Source of the DNA: Carcharhinus longimanus
Lineage: Eukaryota
Reading direction: 5' to 3'
DNA: 61,546 nt
Assembly (NCBI GenBank): GCA_030264375.1
Contig: JASCQW010000162.1
Location: forward strand, 57,879,171-57,940,716
Shown: positions 12,714 through 24,544 of the stretch, one piece after another
Numbering within the stretch: position 1 is the stretch's first letter
Layout: every line of letters begins with the position of its first letter
Notes under the pieces: model-generated
Database searches by the model: none
What the model was told of the DNA's origin: nothing
Seen by the model: the letters and a program-made list of their open reading frames with translations, nothing else
Made by a program: the position numbers and the translations under genes

Positions 12714-12990
12714 TTTTAAAGTTTATTTCTTAGTGTCACAGGTAGGCTTCCAATGAAGTAAGTTACTGTGCAAATCACCAGACGCCTGTTCGGGTACGCC
12801 CAGGGGGGATTTTTAGCACGGCAAATGCACCTTATCAGCATGTCTTTCGGACTTGTGGGAGGAAACCGGAGCACCCGAAAGAAACCCACGCCGCAGAAAT
12901 GGGGTGAACGTGCAGATTCGCAGTCACCCAGGCTGGGAATCAAACCCGAATCCCTGCTGTTGTGAGACAGTAGTACTTAACCACTGCGCA
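12714..12990 (-). mobile_element. Full-length tRNA-derived V-domain SINE just upstream of the HS6ST1 promoter
   Basis: Minus strand: A box CAGTGGTTAAG, B box GGGTTTGATTCCC, V-domain GTGGGTTTCTTTCGGGTGCTCCGGTTTCCTCCCACAAGTCCGAAAGAC, tail ending AAATAAACTTTAAAA. Confidence 0.88.
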
Positions 12991-13105
12991 GTACTAGTTC
13001 CCTTCCAGAGATTTCTGCACACCTATACGGAGCTCTCCTCTCCCTTCCCGAGGGATTTCAGTTTTTCCCTTTCACCTGAGCTCCAAAAGAGGAATCACCT
13101 AGAGG

Positions 13106-13450
13106 TAGAGAGTCATGGATGCTTATAGCATGGAAACAGGTCCTTCGGCCCAATTTGTCCATGCTGCCCCTTTTTTAACTCCTAAGCTAGTCCCAATTGC
13201 CCGCATTTGGTCCATATCCCTCTATACCCATCTTACCCATGTAACTGCCTAAACACTTTCTAAAAGACAAAATTGTACATGCCGCTACGACAAATTCTGG
13301 CAGCTTGTTCCAGGTACTCACCACCCTCTGTGTGAAAATATTGACCCTCTGAACCCTTTTGTATCTCTCCCCTCTCATTTTAAGCCCTAGTTTTAGACTC
13401 CCCTATCTTTGGGAAAAGATATTGACTATATAGCTGATCTATGTCCCTAA
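13106..13450 (-). mobile_element. CR1/HER1 LINE 3' fragment
   Basis: ORF2 C-terminus NIFTQRVVSTWNKLPEFVV plus 3'UTR GGGCCGAAGGACCTGTTTCCATGCT. Confidence 0.85.
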
Positions 13451-13574
13451 TTTTTTTACTTTGGGTGGAATTTTACATAAAAATGCAGTGAGGTGTTGAA
13501 AATTCCATTGACTCCAGCGGAATTGGAAAATCCTGGCAGCAACGGCGGCTGTACAATTCCACCTGCCAACTCCA

Positions 13575-13936
13575 CTTCTCTCTCCACAGACACTGCCAGA
13601 CCTGCTGAGTATTTTGAGCATTTTCTGTTTTTATCCCCTTTTAATTTAACTCAGTTCATCAAATTGTACTCCCCCTCTCTCTCACACACACACAGATCAT
13701 TTGAATTTGTAGATTGATGATAGCATGCCACTGTCTGCTTTTGGAAAAAATAGAACTTTTAAAAATTACAACAAGTTCAGGATAGAAATCACCCCCAAAC
13801 AAAGCCTGTAAGAGAACAGAAAATGCTTAGCAGCAAGTCAGGCAGCATCTGTGAAGAGAAACCCAGTTCATGACTGTAATTCGTGGCTGGGATTCTGAGT
13901 TAACATTTCAGGTTGAGATGACTTTTCGTCCAGAAT
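13575..13936. mobile_element. Two convergent Penelope-type terminal-repeat remnants (13575-13632 +, 13815-13936 -)
   Basis: CTCTCCACAGACACTGCCAGACCTGCTGAGTATTTTGAGCATTTTCTGTT and its inverted homologue AACAGAAAATGCT...CAGGCAGCATCTGTG, with a degenerate hammerhead core at 13898-13936. Confidence 0.6.
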
Positions 13937-14039
13937 GAGCCTGTTTAACGTCAAACATGTTCCAATGCTGTTAAAACATGCCCAATAGAAATACTGTAAA
14001 TTTGAAGTAAAAAACAAAATAGAAAATATTTTGTATGTG

Positions 14040-14445
14040 TAGAAACATAGAAAAACTACAGCACAAACAGGCCCTTCGGCCCACAAGTTGCACCGAGCAT
14101 GTCCCTATCTACGAGGCTTATCTATAACCCTCTACCTTACTAAGTTCCATGTACTTATCCAAAAGTCTCTTAAAAAACCCTATCGAATCCGCCTCCACCA
14201 CCAATGCCAGGAGCCGATTCCACACATCCACCACCCTCTGAGTGAAAAACTTACTCCTGACATCTCTGTACCTACTCCTCAGCACCTTNNNNNNNNNNNN
14301 NNNNNNNNNNNNNNNNNNNNNNNNNNNNNNNNNNNNNNNNNNNNNNNNNNNNNNNNNNNNNNNNNNNNNNNNNNNNNNNNNNNNNNNNACGAACTCCTGA
14401 CCTCTCCTCTGTACCTTCTCCCCAGCACCCTCAACCTGTACAGCA
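14040..14445 (-). mobile_element. CR1-type LINE 3' fragment (gapped)
   Basis: TAGAAACATAGAA tail, CAGGCCCTTCGGCCCAC, CCACCCTCTGAGTGAAAAAC (FTQRVV). Confidence 0.8.
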
Positions 14446-14491
14446 GGCTAGTCAGCATCTTTGTTGTAAGATGTATAAAAAGGCACTTCAA

Positions 14492-14700
14492 GTGGGAATT
14501 TTCCAGCCCACCCTGCCAGTGAGATCTTCCGGTCCCATGGAAGGTGACCCCCACCCCGCAGCATGTTTCCAGGTGGTGGGACAGGCAAGGGACACAAAAC
14601 AGCATAGACATCAGCGGGACTGGAAAATCGCACTGGCAGCCAATGACAAACCACCTTCACCATTGCAATGCACTCCCTAGGGTTCCAGAAAATCCTGCCC
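14492..14700. mobile_element. Putative MITE / non-autonomous DNA transposon
   Basis: Imperfect termini GTGGGAATTTTC ... GAAAATCCTGCCC. A related short element with GGTGGAATT...AATTCCACC ends lies at about 13464-13563. Confidence 0.45.
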
Positions 14701-16787
14701 TTTTGTCCTTCAGGGTTAGCAAACAAAATGTGTTACCAAGCCACATAATGTGGGATTCAGACATAGGTCAGTTTTAAAAAGTTCCCTAAAGGAGCAGATA
14801 GAAAGGTGGGGCAGGTTCACGATAGGCATTCAATTACGTGAGGCTCAGCAGCTCAAGGCATAGGGCAGCAATGTGGCTAGAACTTGGAATGCACAGCAGG
14901 CCCATGTTAGAAGAGCACAAATATAGATGATGTTATAATACAGGGATTTCCGACAGTGTATGGATAAAAGTCTCAGAGGATGAATTTGCAAATTACTTTC
15001 TACGAGTTGCCCTGCAGTTTTAACCTGGTTTTACATTTCGCTTAGGAATAAAATAAAATACTGCACTGTCTGCAAAACACCTTAGGAATGTCTTCAGTAT
15101 GTGAATGATGTTGTGTAAATGCAAGCCTGTCTTTTAGATGAAAAATGATGTACAAGAGAATTTCAACTGGTCCTTGCAGCCCGCCCATAGAATACATATA
15201 ATTCCCAATGCAAGTGAAAGCCACATAGTCTCACTGGAAACTCTGCAACATAACCATGGGATTCATGCAAGTTCATAACTTTTGAAAGTGAAAACATCTT
15301 TATGTCTTGTGTCTGTTATAGTAATAGACTCCATACAGAATTTTTCCATTTAAGTCCATAGCAATTGTGTTATTGCCACTCTCAAGAACATGCAAGAGAT
15401 ATATCTTAGCAAATGAAGAAAGCAGAACTACAAAGCATTTCTGATGTAACCATTATTTATTTTTACTAGGATTGGCCCAGTAACATTTTGAAATGGATTT
15501 CCTGACCATCCTCTTCAGTCACCACTGTACTTGGCATGGTGTGAAAACTTATTGCTTGCCATCTATCCATCTCACCCTCCAGTCAACTGCTGGGAGTTGT
15601 ATGCAGACACTTCTCTCTCTTTTCAACTCACTGCAACATAGCATCTTCAAATGCTTGTTTGGTCCAACATCCCATTGGCATTGATTTCATGTGCAGAGAA
15701 CGAGAGGCCTGACTTACTACACTGGCGCAGGAGGTTTAACAGAATCCTCCTTTTATGTTACATTTTGCAGTGGTATTCAGGAATATCCAGATATTTGCAG
15801 CATGGTCCTTGTTTGTGTCTTTTTTATCATGTTTAATAGTTTGCTTCCATTTACACTATTTCCAAGAACACCAAGCAAGGGTATCCTGTGGAAGGATATT
15901 TTCAGGAACTATTATTTGACTTGTAGGCAAATGTTGCTTTTATGCGTCAGCATTATAGAGCTGGTGCATGTATCCATTCAAAAATTATTCGTCCCTCATT
16001 TTTTCATCTGATCCTGAATACATTGGTTCCTTGCCAAGGTCCAGCTCTGTCAGTACCAGTAGAGTTCCAGCACTTTGTACAAGTGAACACTCTTTAAGTG
16101 TAGATTGAGACAGTATCATCTGTTCTACCACAGACAACATTGTAATGTTTCTCACTCATGATCAGAAGCAGAGAACTGTCTGAATCAGACAAGTATAAAT
16201 GAGGGATCAAATCTAGGGCCTCCCTGGCTATGCCCAGCTATGTCCTGAATTACAACAGTGACTTATAATTCAACAAGCACTTAATTGGCCCTAAAGTGCT
16301 TTGGAACATCCTGAGGTCATGAAAGGCATTGAATAAATGTAAGCCTTTCCTTTTAAAATCAGCAGAGCTCTTCAGGGAGTTGCTTTATTTCTTATTGTCT
16401 GTGCATGTGGCATATGGTGCCAGAATGATTTTAAATTCCACTGCGTTATTGGATAATCAGTCATTACATCAGTGGCACTACATCAGTACTATTCTTTCAC
16501 TCATAGCAGTGATGTTCATGAATCAAAAAAGGAAGGTGTTAACACATAGTCACCACTGAAACAACTTGGATGCTCAGAATATCCACTCTGGGGGCTGAGA
16601 GAACAGTCCCATTTTGTGACATCAACATCACTCCTCAAGTGAGTGAAGGCAATGAAACTCACTGCCAGCCATTTAATCACCCTATATTTATCTTTGTCCT
16701 GTTCTTCCTTCCTCTTGGGTGTCACAGACGCACGTCTTGAAGCAAATTGGGACATTTCACCTTCTCCAAGGCCGTTGCTACAACTAC

Positions 16788-16802
16788 CCACTAGGGGGTG
16801 CA
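16788..16802 (+). promoter_or_regulatory. Candidate CTCF binding site
   Basis: CCACTAGGGGGTGCA closely matches the CCACYAGRGGGCGC core. Confidence 0.55.
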
Positions 16803-16834
16803 TTAGAACAATGTGTATTGATTTAGCTTCTGTT

Positions 16835-17265
16835 TCTCGTTCCCAGAGACACACACCACAAGGAACATCAATTGCGGCCGGGAGACCTTTAAATCAGTGA
16901 AAGACGCTCTTTGGTCTGCCTGAAACCTTCTGGTTTTCTGATGCAAAGAGTTGTCCATGACTGCTGCAGACTGGCACTTCCCAAGGTTCAGAGTTACATG
17001 CTGAAGGAATGCAGCAAAGCTTGGGTTAATTACTGCAGAGGCGCAATGGGGAAGGTCTTTCAGTCATTTGGTGCAATGAAGGGTTGGAAACGAACAGAGT
17101 CCTGGGCTATATATTTCAATGTAATGAATACTGGAAATATGGATTGCTAATTCTAAATGTCACGAGGAACATACAGCATTGGAAAAAAAAACTGTTTTGG
17201 TTTGTGATGTCAACTTTGAATGGTTATATATGTTTTATAAATAAAGTATATTTTTGGAGAAAACA
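16835..17265 (+). mobile_element. Tx1-like LINE 3' end
   Basis: Decayed ORF2 terminus FPETHT..NINC...KSVKDALWSA*NLLVF*CKELS...CCRLA..KVQSYML...AQWGK, followed by AATAAAGTATATTTTTGG-A tail. Confidence 0.7.
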
Positions 17266-18554
17266 AGAACCTTCTGAGTCATCACTAGCTCTCTCACCTC
17301 AAAAATATTAACGAGCTTCATTTAGGAGCTCACCTTGCAGGCAACATGGGCAGAGAGAAATTTAGGTCTCAGTCCCTCATGTGTACCACAGCACCATATG
17401 ACCACAATAGACCATATTAATGGTTTACTTGGGCTTTATGTCAGAAGTGGCTGTATTCACACAAGTTTCACGTCCAACCTCAGAATATATTTAAATGCCA
17501 AAAAGCTTTCTTTAAGAGGCAGAGTGGAGTACTTGTGACTCTGCTGCATTTTGCAGACAATGTGAAAGATCTGAAGTTTTGTTTGATCAGCAAGGTTAGG
17601 ATTTACAACCTCTCTTCATGTTTGTATTATTATTAGGTTGCTGCAATGCTGTTAATATGTAGCAAAGCTCTTAAATGGGTAACCGAATCCCTGATTTCTG
17701 CAGATTTGAGTTGATAATCAGGAAGGGAGGGTACAGAGTTCAAAACATCAAATTTCCCATGGGCCAGCAATCACTCACCCACTTCTGGTTCAGTGGTGAA
17801 TAAGTGGATGTAAGATTGCAGGTACGACAATCCACTCGGCCGTCAGTATTTACTGTTCACTCATAAAAGAAAATGGAGCCTTGGGCAGATGGGAAAAGAC
17901 ACTTCCCATCTGATTCCCACTTTTGAGTGACCTAACATAATTTTAAGATTGTGTCCCTCCCACCTCACCACCCACTATTCTCAATTTCCCATCAGAGGAA
18001 ATGATTTCTCCAAGTTTACACTGTCGGATGTTTTTAACAGGGTGACTCCTTGATCCTTTCTACTCNNNNNNNNNNNNNNNNNNNNNNNNNNNNNNNNNNN
18101 NNNNNNNNNNCCAAAGGTGACTCAAAGGTCATTGCCTAAATCTCCAGCAGAAAAATCACATCAGCCACTGCAGCAAGAAGACTGTAACACTGATGCCTGA
18201 AGGTGTACGTGTTCAACAACAATTTTGGTGCAGGTTGGAAGTAGTTTTTTCTGCGGCTGGTTCCCCATGCAAAGACCTCAGTGTAAGGATATTTTGCCAG
18301 TTTATCTTGTGTTCATTCCTGGAGCCACTGGCAGACCACACTTCTACCGCACATCCCTAGTCATCCTAAGAAGGTGAGCGACTTTCTTGTGAAACCCAGG
18401 CATTCTGTGTGAATGAAGTGCTATGATGGTGTTATGAGGTAGAGTGTTCCAGGATTTTGACCCAGAGATTGGTTAATTGTTACACAGCCACCTGTGTGTT
18501 ACACCCCTTCAGAGCCACATTACTAAACCAGGCTGGACCTTGACAGCAATTTGA

Positions 18555-19478
18555 GCAGAATTGTCAACGAGTGTCAGGGTCTGACTGAAAACTGGCTTGA
18601 ACCTCTCCAGATGCACTGCTGAGTTTTCAGGCCCGAGTTTCTGGCATTCTGGCAGAGAGAACCGGAGGGTCTGATTTATACCATCAGTCTGACAGGGCCC
18701 GATACAAAGATCGGGAGCCATCTTTAAAGGGCATCCCGAATAGAACTGACCTGAAACTTCCCCCCGCACACCCACCCCAACCACACACACAAACACACAC
18801 ACCCCACCACAAATGTATTGAAGGCTCTTCCCATGATCACACAATCGTAGGAGGCTCTCCCTACTCCCACAACTATTATGGCAGTATTGCTAGCACTACC
18901 TTCAATGCTCACTCTCCCCATGTGACTGCAAGCTCCCCCCACCAATGCTCAATCCCCAACAATGCACAATTCCCACCCCTTCCCCTGTCACTGCAAGTTC
19001 CCCCTTTTACTGCTCCCCTGGTCGCTGCCAAGTGCTCCCTTCAAAGGCCTTGGTGCTCTTCCCTCCCACCACACATAACGGGAACCCACCCACATCCAAC
19101 CCATTGGGCTCCCCAGAGGGCCTGGTACCATCCTCTGGCACAGGTTGGCACTGATAGCAGCTGTGCCAGGGCCAGCACCCAGGCATGCCCCTTTCCTACC
19201 CAGGGGCTATAGTGATCTTGGCAACCCTGGTAGGAACGCCTTGACAGTTTGCATCTTCCTAAAGCTGTTGTGAGCCTTGTTGATGTCAACAAGGTTTGAA
19301 TATTCAGGAAGGGACATGTAGGCCCTTTAATAATATGTAAATCCATTAAGCTGTTATAATTTAACCTAAATTTTTAATTAATTCCCCTTTGCTGCATTAC
19401 CGGTGAGCAGCAGGAAAAATCGGGAAATGAGATCTCGCTGGCGAAAATCTCATTTTCTGACTCTCGCAGGATTTGTGG
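18555..19478. mobile_element. Probable non-autonomous DNA-transposon-derived repeat
   Basis: GC- and CpG-elevated block with a C-rich core and GATCGGG...ATCTTTAAAGGG and GAGATCTCGCTGGCG motifs resembling shark MITE-like repeats. TIRs not resolved. Confidence 0.35.
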
Positions 19479-20987
19479 CTGTGTGGCTGTTCTCAGTAAC
19501 ACCAAACATGGATGCAAGTTTGCCCCCTGTGCCTGTACAAAGGGCTGATATGTTAGGCTTAGGGCAGACGTATTTTTCCATAGCAGCTGTGGGTGTAGTG
19601 ATTCTTCTGACATCAACAGTTTTGTACTGTGTTTAAAAAAACAGTAACATTCACTGCAAATTTCTCTGGTTTGCAGGCAATAAATGCAGTGCCATGATGA
19701 TGTACGTAAAAAACCAACAGTCTTTCTGTTCTTCAGTTGATGACTCAGTCCACGAACATCATCTGAGTTCACGGTGACCCAAACAACGACTTTTGTGAGT
19801 GCTTCTCATTCAGTGAACGCTGCCATTGACTTAATGGGCCGAATGGCCTGTGGCATAATGATTTATAATTCTCTAATTCACTTGGGAGAGTCAGACTGCC
19901 CCAAAGCTGGGAAAAGTGGAAATCATTGGGATTCCCAGAGGTACAGGGAGGCCTCTGATCATACAATGCGATGGAACAATGCACGTGGGAAATGTCAGCA
20001 GTACATTCGGAGAGAAGGAGAGAGTATCCACAGAGGCTTACTATCTCCCTAGAGTGTCAGAATGCAAGTCACCTTAATCAGCCTCATTTCTCAATCAGCA
20101 GTATCAAAGTTAGAGGACTGGGAGGAGTTGCCTCCTTTGGTAAGCACCACATAACTGAGGAAGACCTGCAAAGAAATAGAATAAAATAAAAGAAATTAAG
20201 AAGCTGCACAGCAAAAGTCAGTGGAAGTGTTGGTTATTTCTTTTACACTGAAGCTGCACAGCTAATAAGTGAGAGAAGTAATATATCACTTTCAGGATTA
20301 GTGTGTAATCCTTTCAGGCCTCCAGTAGAAGTTTCTTAATTTAATATGTAACAAGGTTAATATGTTTTCTTTTCCCCCTGATTCTGTACATTCTTTCAAT
20401 CCCGCTTTGCAATTCTTTAGTGAGGATTACAGGAAATCAGTTGGCAGAACGGATGGGATGGAAAACAAACATTTCTGGCCAAGTGCAAAGAGTCGTCTGT
20501 TATTGACAGCTCAAGTACTTCAGTATTCATCCTCACCCAAGGTAAAAAAAATTGCCATGTTACGATGTGCTAGGTTTATCTTGTAAGCTTGATTCAATGA
20601 AGACATGTAGTGATGGCTTCATTGGACACTACCAGGCATGAAAACTGTTGTATTAACTGTGCATGTTCCAGGTCTGGGGTTTCCAACAACTGCTCCCCCT
20701 CCCCCCTCAACCCCAGAAGGCCCAGGAGTCTCCGTGAATTGAAGTATAATCTCCTCCTGAATATTGTTGTGAGCAACCCAGGAGAAATATCATTCAGTGA
20801 TTAAAACAAAAGGTTGTACGCTGTTTCAAAGCCTTATATTAAAAAAAAATTGGTGATGGGAAGAAAAAGGCTGACTGAGAGGGTGAGATGATTGAAGACT
20901 TTGTGATGAAACTTCCAAAATATTTCCAGCCCTTTTCCAAATCTAATGTCTAGAATGTTCTTAATTTGTATGGATCTGACAATGGTG

Positions 20988-21358
20988 GTGTGTGTATGTA
21001 AGTATGCATATATGTACACATATATATGTATGCACATGCTTGTGCATGTGTGCCTGCATGTGTATTAATGCATGTCTGTGTGTGTGTGCATGTGTATGCA
21101 TGCATGTGTTTATGTGCATGTGTGTTTTGTGTGCATATGTACATGTGTGTTTGTGTGAGTATGCGCATCTGTGTGTATGCATGTGCATGTATTTGTGTGT
21201 GCATTTATGCACATGTATATGCATGTAAGCACATAGATGAGTATGTCTGAGTGTGTACATATGCAAGTGTGTGTGCATTCCTATACATGGGTGTCTGTGT
21301 GAACAGATGTATGTACATGTGTGTGCATGTGCATCCATATGCGCCAATGTGTGTGTGT
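20988..21358. repeat. Degenerate alternating purine-pyrimidine (TG/CA/TA) microsatellite
   Basis: About 370 bp of TGTGTGCATGTGTATGCA-type sequence; it explains the spurious H/T/M/C/V-rich ORFs. Confidence 0.92.
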
Positions 21359-21446
21359 AGATATTGGATGAGAACAATTAACATAGCCCTTAACTATGAT
21401 GTCACTGTGATCGAATAGCCTGCCAATGTTCTCTGTCCAAAGGAAA

Positions 21447-21848
21447 AAGAAAGAACATTTAAATCACACCTTTCATGACTTCAGAGCTTCCCAACATACT
21501 TAACTGTCAATGAAGTATTTTGTGGTAGTGTTTGTAATCCCATGCCAGCCAATTTGTACGCTGCAAGCTCCCACAAACAGCAATGTGATAAATTAAAAGG
21601 AAATCTGTTTCACTGATTGAAGGGAAAATATTGGCCAGTACACTAGGGAGAATACCCCTGCCCTTCCTCAAAATAGAGGCATGGGATCACTTACACCCAC
21701 CTGAGAAGGAAGAATCCGTCTTGATTTACCACTTTTCCATCAAGAAGTAACCCCTCAGTATTGTATTAGATTGCTAGCTAAGTCCCTGGAATGGAAAATT
21801 GAACCAGTAATCTTCTGATTCAGAGATGATGCTGCTATCACTGAGTCA
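21447..21848 (-). mobile_element. Deu-domain SINE, near full length
   Basis: CAGCCAATTTGTACGCTGCAAGCTCCCACAAACAGCAATGTGATAA, ATGGGATCACTTACACCCACCTGAGA and head TTGAACC...GCTATCACTGAGTCA. Confidence 0.82.
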
Positions 21849-22774
21849 CCAGCAAAAAGTCTTAGAACTTGAACATCTCACCCACCCCACAGGGATGAAT
21901 AAAAAACTGGTTGCGGGGTTGGGGGGCGGTGAGTGGTGATGGAGCCGGAATACAAATTTAAACGTGCATTAAAAAATTGATGACAAAGTTAAAGTTCACA
22001 GATCAACGGTTGTGAAAACCTGAAGGAGAAGCAACATTCACCACTTCTGTTTTAACTACCACATCACTGTCCTTAGCTGTGGTGAAGATTGCCTCCCTCA
22101 CTTTGTGTGATGGCATCCTAAATAAAGACAAGGTTTTCTCAAGTTGACTTTTCTAGCAATATTATAAGCATATTCCATTTGAATGCATTTATGATTTCAG
22201 TACAAATACTGCCCTCAGGAAATCTCATTCTATTTATTTAAAATATTGCCAAAGAGAATCATTGCTACTGAAATTCACTGGTATCTCTATCCAGCAAAGA
22301 TTACTGCAGAAGTGGGGAACCTGGCTAATTGACCCCCTCCATTGCCAAAGGGGATTGAAACTACATGTGGTATCCCAATGGATTTCAGTACAATTTACTC
22401 TGGAAAAGGTCCTATAATCCAAGCTGGGCTCTGAAATTTATTTTAAGAAAGTGGTCGATAGCATTTACATTTTAGACATTCCAACTGAGTGGAATCATTC
22501 CCAATATGTCCACATGTTAATAAATACTGGCTGTCATTGAGAAAGAAATGCCACATGGTCAAAGTCGTAGCCAAGAGTAAGACTGCGTGTGTGTTTGTAA
22601 GCGTGTGAGGCATTGGTTGTCTCTCTCCAGTTTGTCATTTCTTCGAAAATAGCAGCCTGCATATCAGTTTTCACAGCAGAGGAAAAAAAAAGTGATACAA
22701 GGGAACCCAAGATAAATTAAGAGATGGAACTTAGTGGATTGAATATAACTAATGGTGTGGTGATGAAAATGATA

Positions 22775-23269
22775 TGATGTGGATATGCTGGCATTGGACT
22801 GGGTAAACACAGTAAAAAGCCTGACAACACCAGGTTGAAGTCCAACCGATTTATTTGATAGTAAACTCACTAGCTTTCGGGTTTGGTCCACTTTGGTAGG
22901 AAGAATGGTAGGAAGGACTATTACTTACGTGGCGAAAAACTGCAGCAGGCGATGGTGCAGNNNNNNNNNNNNNNNNNNNNNNNNNNNNNNNNNNNNNNNN
23001 NNNNNNNNNNNNNNNNNNNNNNNNNNNNNNNNNNNNNNNNNNNNNNNNNNNNNNNNNNNNTAAAGGACAGACAGTTTACAGATTACTGATTACAGATTAC
23101 TGATTAGAATCGCATTCTAATCAGTAATCTGTAAACTGTCTGTCCTTTATATGCTCTGTCTGAGGCCAGAACTCTCCATTCACCTGACGAAGGGACAAAC
23201 CCGAAAGCTAGTGAGTTAACTATCAAATTAATCAGTTGGACTTCAACTTGGTGTTGTCAGACTTTTTAC
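22775..23269. mobile_element. Penelope-like element remnant: head-to-head inverted pseudo-LTRs with 13-bp TSD
   Basis: 22812-22885 is the reverse complement of 23196-23269; central hairpin at 23061-23149; GATGAAAATGATA at 22762-22774 and 23270-23282. Confidence 0.85.
23178..23216 (+). ncRNA. Minimal type I hammerhead ribozyme motif (Penelope-associated)
   Basis: ATTCAC-CTGACGA-A-GGG-ACAAA-CCC-GAA-AGCT-A-GTGAGT. Stem I is ATTCAC/GTGAGT (one G-U), the core is CUGANGA...GAAA, stem II is GGG/CCC, stem III is palindromic AGCT, and the cleavage triplet is CUA. Confidence 0.72.
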
Positions 23270-24544
23270 GATGAAAATGATAGACAGATCTCTGATGGTT
23301 CCCCAGAAAGAAAAATAGGTGTATTATATATACATATGCATTTGTCATAATTTTCCAAAGATCTCTAGATTCAAGAATTTCATCTTTCATTTAGAAGACC
23401 AAAGTGTCACTTCATTTTTGAAAAAGGAAACACGGAGAAATGAGGGGACTAACTGGTTAACGACAAGCTATGCAGCTTAACATCAAAGCGCAGTAGAAAT
23501 TTGGAAGTCTCTGAAAGACTATGGAATATGCATTGATTTATATTTTCAAGATTGAGATCAATAGATTCTTTATTAGTTTAGGTTATCGAGGGATATGAAG
23601 CAAAGGTGGATAAATGGAGGTGAGATAGAGATCAGCTGTGATCTAACAGATGGTGATACAAGCTTATACTACTGAATGGCCTACTCTTGTTCCTAGCTTC
23701 CATTTCTTCTGATTCGGCCAAATTTCCCACAAATCAACAAAAGAAGCACATCACTATCTCTCCCCATTTCTCTCCCAAACTTCCACTGCATTCTCTGATC
23801 CAGCACGAACAATGTTTGCATTTCACACATGGATGACTCCTGTCTATATTATAAGCGCTAGCAAGTCACAGCAGATTAACCTACATGGAACCAAAACATA
23901 GTTTTTTTGTTTTATATATCACCCACTCACAGTGTTTCAGTCAATAAATGTCAGTGACACAAATGATTTATGCTAAGGAATTGGGGAAGTTGATTGGCTG
24001 TCCAGTGTTGATGCTGTAGTACCCAGCAGTCCCTGTGAGGGCAGCACTTATACCAATGGATTCAGCCTCAGGACAAGAAGCACTGCATTCAACTGAAAGT
24101 GCTTGTCCCATTTACCACTGATCACTTAAGAAGCAAACCTCGTTCATTCAGTCCTACATTTCCTTCCACTTCCCAAATACAGGAACTCCAATCATTGCTT
24201 TCTATCATCAGCCAAGCCGTTTCACTGACAGATAATGAATGTTTAATGTGTCCAGTGGTCATGCAAAGAATTTCGAATCCTAATGTCCAGTTTAAATTTA
24301 CTTTTCAATAATTTGAATGTGTCCTCTGCTTCAACTTTCTTTGGGTTAATATTCAACATTAATTTTAGCTGTATAATTTAGCTTGCTGAGGTCACCCCTT
24401 CACCATCATCTTTCAAGATCATGCAGTCAATGCTCATAGCTCCATTTAACATTGAAGATCAATCTTCTTGCTCAATCCTACATACTCTCTGGTACATGTC
24501 TATGCGCTTTAAACGTATTGAGAATTATTTTGTAAATTGACAGA

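Noticed and set aside
20950-21377. Several His/Thr- or Cys/Val-rich ORFs
   Set aside because: Translations of the (RY)n microsatellite.
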